A stretch of DNA of 64,000 nucleotides, taken from NCBI GenBank assembly GCA_044229975.1, contig JBGARZ010000013.1, positions 160,001-224,000 of the forward strand. Direction: 5' to 3'. How positions within the stretch are numbered: position 1 is the stretch's first letter; every line of letters begins with the position of its first letter. Positions 60,009 to 64,000 of this stretch are shown in pieces. The DNA is from Polyangiales bacterium. Its GTDB lineage: Bacteria > Myxococcota_A > Polyangia > Polyangiales > Ga0077539. The notes under the pieces are model-generated. The model ran no database searches and was not told where the DNA came from. It was given only the letters and a program-made list of their open reading frames with translations. The translations under genes were made by a program, and so were the position numbers.

Positions 60009-60957
60009 GCCGACGCATCAGCTCGCCCCCGTTGGCCTGCACGTAGGCGAGCACCTCGGGACCCACGAGCCCGGCGCCCACGACGACCCAGAGCCGCTTC
60101 ATGCGCCACGTCGAGCGCGGGGCGCTGCGAACGAGCCTCAGCGCCGCGGCGCGCTGCCCGGCCAGGAGCCGATGCATCACCGCCGTCTGGATGAAGCGGT
60201 TGTGGAGCGCAGGCGAGACGCGCGCCATCACCTCGCCGTGGCGTTGCAGCGTGCGCTCGAAGTCATCGGCGCTGTCGCGGGCGTCGCGCAGGAGCCTCCG
60301 CGCCGTGGCGGCGGGCGGCGACGCGGTGATGCGGTTGTTGGCGTCGGTGTGGATGAGCACGAAGCGCTGCCGGGTCAGCGAGAAGCGGTGGGTGCGCGCC
60401 ATCTCGAGGTGAAAGCCGCCCTCGTAGGCGCGGCCCTCGGGGTACCGCAGCGTCTCGAACACCGACCGCCGGATGCAGTTGAACGACTCCGGGATGCGCA
60501 GCGCGCCCCAGTACCGGACGTAGCCCTCGTAGTCGTAGACCGCGTCCTCCGACGGGGGGGGAATGGGCGTGTCCGGGCCGTTGTCCCAGGTGCACATGGA
60601 GGCGACGTTGCCGACGTCGGGCGCTGCCTCCGCGCAGAGCTTCGCGAGTCCCGACAGCGCGCCGTCGAGCAGCTCGAAGTCGCTGTCGAGCATGATGCAC
60701 CACGCGCCGCGCGCCGCGTCGATGGCGGTGTTGCGGGCCGCGCACACCCCGCGGTTGACCGGGTGCCGCAGCAGCGTGACGCGCGGGTCGTTGTAGGAGG
60801 CGACCCGCTCGCTGGTGTGGTCGCTGGAGGCGTCGTCGACGATGATGACTTCGAAGCTGGGGTAGTCCTGCCGGAGACAGCTCTCCAGCGCCCGACCGAT
60901 CATCCCGGCGCGGTTGTAGACCGGGATGATGATCGAGAAGGTCGGCGCCTCACCCAA
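59986..60957 (-). CDS. Glycosyltransferase family 2
   Basis: SIIIPVYN, VDDASSD, ARN and LDSD motifs. Confidence 0.92.
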   Translation of the reverse strand: MGEAPTFSIIIPVYNRAGMIGRALESCLRQDYPSFEVIIVDDASSDHTSERVASYNDPRVTLLRHPVNRGVCAARNTAIDAARGAWCIMLDSDFELLDGALSGLAKLCAEAAPDVGNVASMCTWDNGPDTPIPPPSEDAVYDYEGYVRYWGALRIPESFNCIRRSVFETLRYPEGRAYEGGFHLEMARTHRFSLTRQRFVLIHTDANNRITASPPAATARRLLRDARDSADDFERTLQRHGEVMARVSPALHNRFIQTAVMHRLLAGQRAAALRLVRSAPRSTWRMKRLWVVVGAGLVGPEVLAYVQANGGELMRRLRSGGLL

Positions 60958-61870
60958 GGCGCTCGCCCTTCGTGGCGGCGAGGTGCTCGCGGAAGAGCCG
61001 CGTCAGGTCGAGCATGCCGTCTTCGATGGACATTGTCGAACGCCACCCGAGGAGCTTCTCGGCCCGCGTGGTGTCGCCGTAGAAGCGCGCCACGTCGTAG
61101 CTGCGCGAGGGGCCCTGCACGACCTTGCCGCCGTTGTTCGCACAACGGAGCGCGAGCGCGGCGAGCTGACCGAGGGTGGTCCCGCGGCCCGTGAGGAAGT
61201 GGATCGGCGGCAGCGCGCGCTCGCCCCCGATCAGCGCCTGGGCGGTGGCCACGAGGCCGCGCACGGTGTCGCCGACGTGGGTGAAGTCGAAGGTGTGCTC
61301 CTCGCCGTCGACCCGGAGGTCTTGACCCTCCACCGCGCCGCGCGCGAAGGCCGGGATGACCCGGTCGACGTGGTCGTGGACGCTGCCGTAGACGTTGGAC
61401 AGGCGCACCACCGCCGTCGCGATGCCCGCGTCGCGAGCCGCCAGCGTGTGCTGCTCGCCCATCAGCTTCGAGCGGCCGTACACGTTGATCGGAACCACCG
61501 GGTCGTCTTCCTTCACGGGCAGCCCGTGGGGCTCGCCGTAGACCTCGCGGCTGCTCGACAGGATCACCCAGGGCTTGCGCTTGGACTCGACGGCGCACTT
61601 CAGCACGTTGTCGACGCCGCCGACGTTGACCTGCATGCAGCGCTCGGGGTCACGCTCGCCCCAGACGACGCGCGAGACCGCGGCCAGGTGCACGATGCCG
61701 TCGACGTTGGCCACCACCTCGCGCACCCGATCGAGGTCGAGGACGTCGATGCGCTCGGAGGGGCTCTCGGCCCGGACGTCGATCTTCGAGACGACGTGAC
61801 CGAGCGCAGTGAACGCAGCAGCGAGAGGGACGCCGATGAGCCCCGACGAACCCGTGATGAGGATGTTCAT
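60950..61870 (-). CDS. NAD-dependent epimerase/dehydratase
   Basis: TGSSGLIG, HLAA and YGRSK motifs. Confidence 0.92.
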   Translation of the reverse strand: MNILITGSSGLIGVPLAAAFTALGHVVSKIDVRAESPSERIDVLDLDRVREVVANVDGIVHLAAVSRVVWGERDPERCMQVNVGGVDNVLKCAVESKRKPWVILSSSREVYGEPHGLPVKEDDPVVPINVYGRSKLMGEQHTLAARDAGIATAVVRLSNVYGSVHDHVDRVIPAFARGAVEGQDLRVDGEEHTFDFTHVGDTVRGLVATAQALIGGERALPPIHFLTGRGTTLGQLAALALRCANNGGKVVQGPSRSYDVARFYGDTTRAEKLLGWRSTMSIEDGMLDLTRLFREHLAATKGERLG

Positions 61871-62151
61871 GATCTGGCCTTCGATCTAGAGGATGCCTTC
61901 GTTCGGTGGAGAGGCGCTCTCTCCACCCACCAGCGATGCCCGCGACTCACGTCCGCTGCCCCGCCAAGGGGCACCAGTGTCGCCAGGCACGACGTGCGTT
62001 CAAGAACTACTTTCGAATCGCGGATTTTCTCCCCGAAATCACCGTCGCCACCCCCGTCATGGACCGCGGTGATCATGGGGCCGCGCGCGTAGGTTCCATT
62101 TTCGCGGCACATGGGGTTGCAGCTCCGCAGCGAGACCACCGTCGCTCGTCG

Positions 62152-64000
62152 TCAGCGCTCGCCGCCGCTCTTGCGCCAGGTGCTGCGCGGCGGCGGACGG
62201 CGGGGTGCCTGTTCGTCCATCGGCATGGCGCGCAGCGTCGGGTCGAGGCGGTCGGGCATCGAGGTACGCGCCTGGAAGGTGCCGGCCGCGCGGCCGAGAA
62301 TCTCCACGCGGGTCTCGCGGTCCATCACGCGGATGACCCCGATGTCCTCCTTCTGGAGGCCGCCCCAGCGGCAGAGCACCGGGATGAGCCACCGCGGGTC
62401 GGCCCGCTTCTCCCGCCCCACGTTGAGCACGAACCACGTCCCCGCGCCGCCCTGCCGCTCGTCCGGGCGCGCCGGGTAGCGCTCCTCCGGCCTCGGCACG
62501 AAGCGCTCCTCCTGCCGCGGAGCGAACTCCTGCCGCGGAGCGAACTCCTGCCGCGGGGCGAACTCCTGCCGCGGGGCGAAGCGCTCCTCGGTCCTCGGGG
62601 GGAAGCGCGGATCGACCCTCGGCCCGCGCGGGTCACCGCGGAACTCGTTGCGCTCGTAGCGCGGCCCGCCGACGGGCATCGGCCGCTCGTACCGCTGCTG
62701 CGGCGGACCGTTGACCTGCGCGAGCAGCTTGTGCGCGAAGGACACCGTCATCGGCAGCTCTTCGGGCTCCGGAAACTCTCCCCGCGTCATCGTCACCAGC
62801 GCCGCGACGAGCTCCTCCGCGGGGCGCTTGTCGAGCAGCCGACGGGCCACCGCGCGATCTTCCTCCGACGGCGTCACCCCCGTCGCTTCGAGCTTCGCCA
62901 CGAGCCGGTCGTCGTCGAAGCCGCGGATGGCCTCCGCCGTCGGGCACGGCTCCCACGACGCCGTCTGCACGTTGGACGTCCGCAGCATGCGCGCGACCAC
63001 CTGCCGGCGGTCGGGCGACACCAGCAGCACCGCCGTGCCCTTGCGGCCCGCGCGGCCCGTGCGCCCGCTGCGGTGCTGCAAGGTCATCGCGTCGCGCGGC
63101 GGGTCGGCGTGGATCACCAGCGAGACGTCCGGCAGGTCGAGACCGCGCGCCGCCACGTCCGTCGCCACGAGCACCTTCGCGTGCCCGTCGCGCAGCATCT
63201 GTAGCGCGCGCGCCCGCTCGGGCTGCGTCAGCTCGCCGCTCAGGCCCACGCAGCGGAAGCCCCGCTCGCGCAGCGTCGACTGCATCCGCGAGACCTCCTC
63301 GCGCGTCGCGCAGAACACGATCGCCCCCGGCGCGTCGTGGGCCCGCAGCACGTTGACCACCGCGTGCTCGCGTTCGCGAAACGCCACGATGTGCACCACG
63401 TACTTGATGTCCCGGTGCTGCTCCTGCGCCGGGGTCGCCGCCACGCGCGCCGCGTCGGGCAGCCACTTGCCCGCGAGCGACACCACCTCGCGCGGCAGCG
63501 TCGCCGAGAACCACAGCGACCGGTGCCCCTTCGGCGCCACGGCCAGCACCCGGTCGAGCTCGTCGCGGAAGCCCATGTCGAGCATCTCGTCGGCCTCGTC
63601 GAGCACCAGCGCCTGCATGTCGTCGAGCTTCAGCGTCCCGCGCTCGATGTGATCGCAGACGCGCCCGGGCGTCCCCACCACCAGGTGGACCCCGTCGGCC
63701 AGCGCCCGGAGCTGCTGCGCCAGCGGCGCCCCGCCCACGCACGCCACGCTCCGCATGCCCGTCGAGCCATAGAGCCACGACAGCTCCTGCTGCACCTGGA
63801 GCGCGAGCTCGCGCGTGGGCGCCAGCACCAGCGCCTTCGGGGTCGTCGCCCGCGGAAACGAGGTGGCCTCGCCGAGCAGCGTGTGGGCGAGCGCGAGCCC
63901 GAAGGCCACGGTCTTTCCGGAGCCGGTCTCGGCCGACACGAGGAGGTCGCGACCGAGCAGCGTGGGGTCGAGCACCGACGCCTGCACGGGGGTCGGGGTG
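62152..64000 (-). CDS. deaD: DEAD-box RNA helicase with DbpA-type RNA-binding domain (5' end outside window)
   Basis: AETGSGKT, PTRELA, DEAD, SAT and HRSGRTGR motifs. Confidence 0.9.
   Translation of the reverse strand, partial: TPTPVQASVLDPTLLGRDLLVSAETGSGKTVAFGLALAHTLLGEATSFPRATTPKALVLAPTRELALQVQQELSWLYGSTGMRSVACVGGAPLAQQLRALADGVHLVVGTPGRVCDHIERGTLKLDDMQALVLDEADEMLDMGFRDELDRVLAVAPKGHRSLWFSATLPREVVSLAGKWLPDAARVAATPAQEQHRDIKYVVHIVAFREREHAVVNVLRAHDAPGAIVFCATREEVSRMQSTLRERGFRCVGLSGELTQPERARALQMLRDGHAKVLVATDVAARGLDLPDVSLVIHADPPRDAMTLQHRSGRTGRAGRKGTAVLLVSPDRRQVVARMLRTSNVQTASWEPCPTAEAIRGFDDDRLVAKLEATGVTPSEEDRAVARRLLDKRPAEELVAALVTMTRGEFPEPEELPMTVSFAHKLLAQVNGPPQQRYERPMPVGGPRYERNEFRGDPRGPRVDPRFPPRTEERFAPRQEFAPRQEFAPRQEFAPRQEERFVPRPEERYPARPDERQGGAGTWFVLNVGREKRADPRWLIPVLCRWGGLQKEDIGVIRVMDRETRVEILGRAAGTFQARTSMPDRLDPTLRAMPMDEQAPRRPPPRSTWRKSGGER
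62509..62580 (-). repeat. 18-bp tandem repeat x4 (FAPRQE) in the helicase linker
   Basis: CTCCTGCCGCGG(A/G)GCGAA repeated on the + strand. Confidence 0.9.

Overview
Very GC-rich chromosomal window from a myxobacterium (Myxococcota, probably Polyangiales-like). The assignment rests on mglB-mglA, a FrzS-like protein, MYXO-CTERM and Cys-rich secreted proteins, and an FHA sigma-54 activator. About 53 densely packed CDSs include core genes (ftsK, ffh, rpe, DEAD-box helicase, oppD/F-type ATPases), polarity and signalling genes, many lipoproteins and a small glycosyltransferase cluster. I found no rRNA, tRNA, CRISPR array or intact transposase. The strongest leads are: (1) an Rpn-like gene with an internal SD+ATG defining a nested repeat-bearing small protein, a candidate toxin/antitoxin defence gene; (2) an accessory islet upstream of ffh with a long inverted repeat, a 43-bp tandem repeat, a helical orphan and a deleted, frameshifted ATPase+DUF4276-like remnant; (3) a circularly permuted esterase lipoprotein; (4) a fatty-acid desaturase fused to an 11-mer amphipathic tail; (5) tandem RHH-low-complexity-FHA regulators; (6) a palindromic REP-like element, one copy read in frame inside a lipoprotein signal peptide; (7) two orphans recalling eukaryotic families; (8) repeated leaderless-promoter architecture. 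All family assignments come from motif recognition by eye, not database searches.
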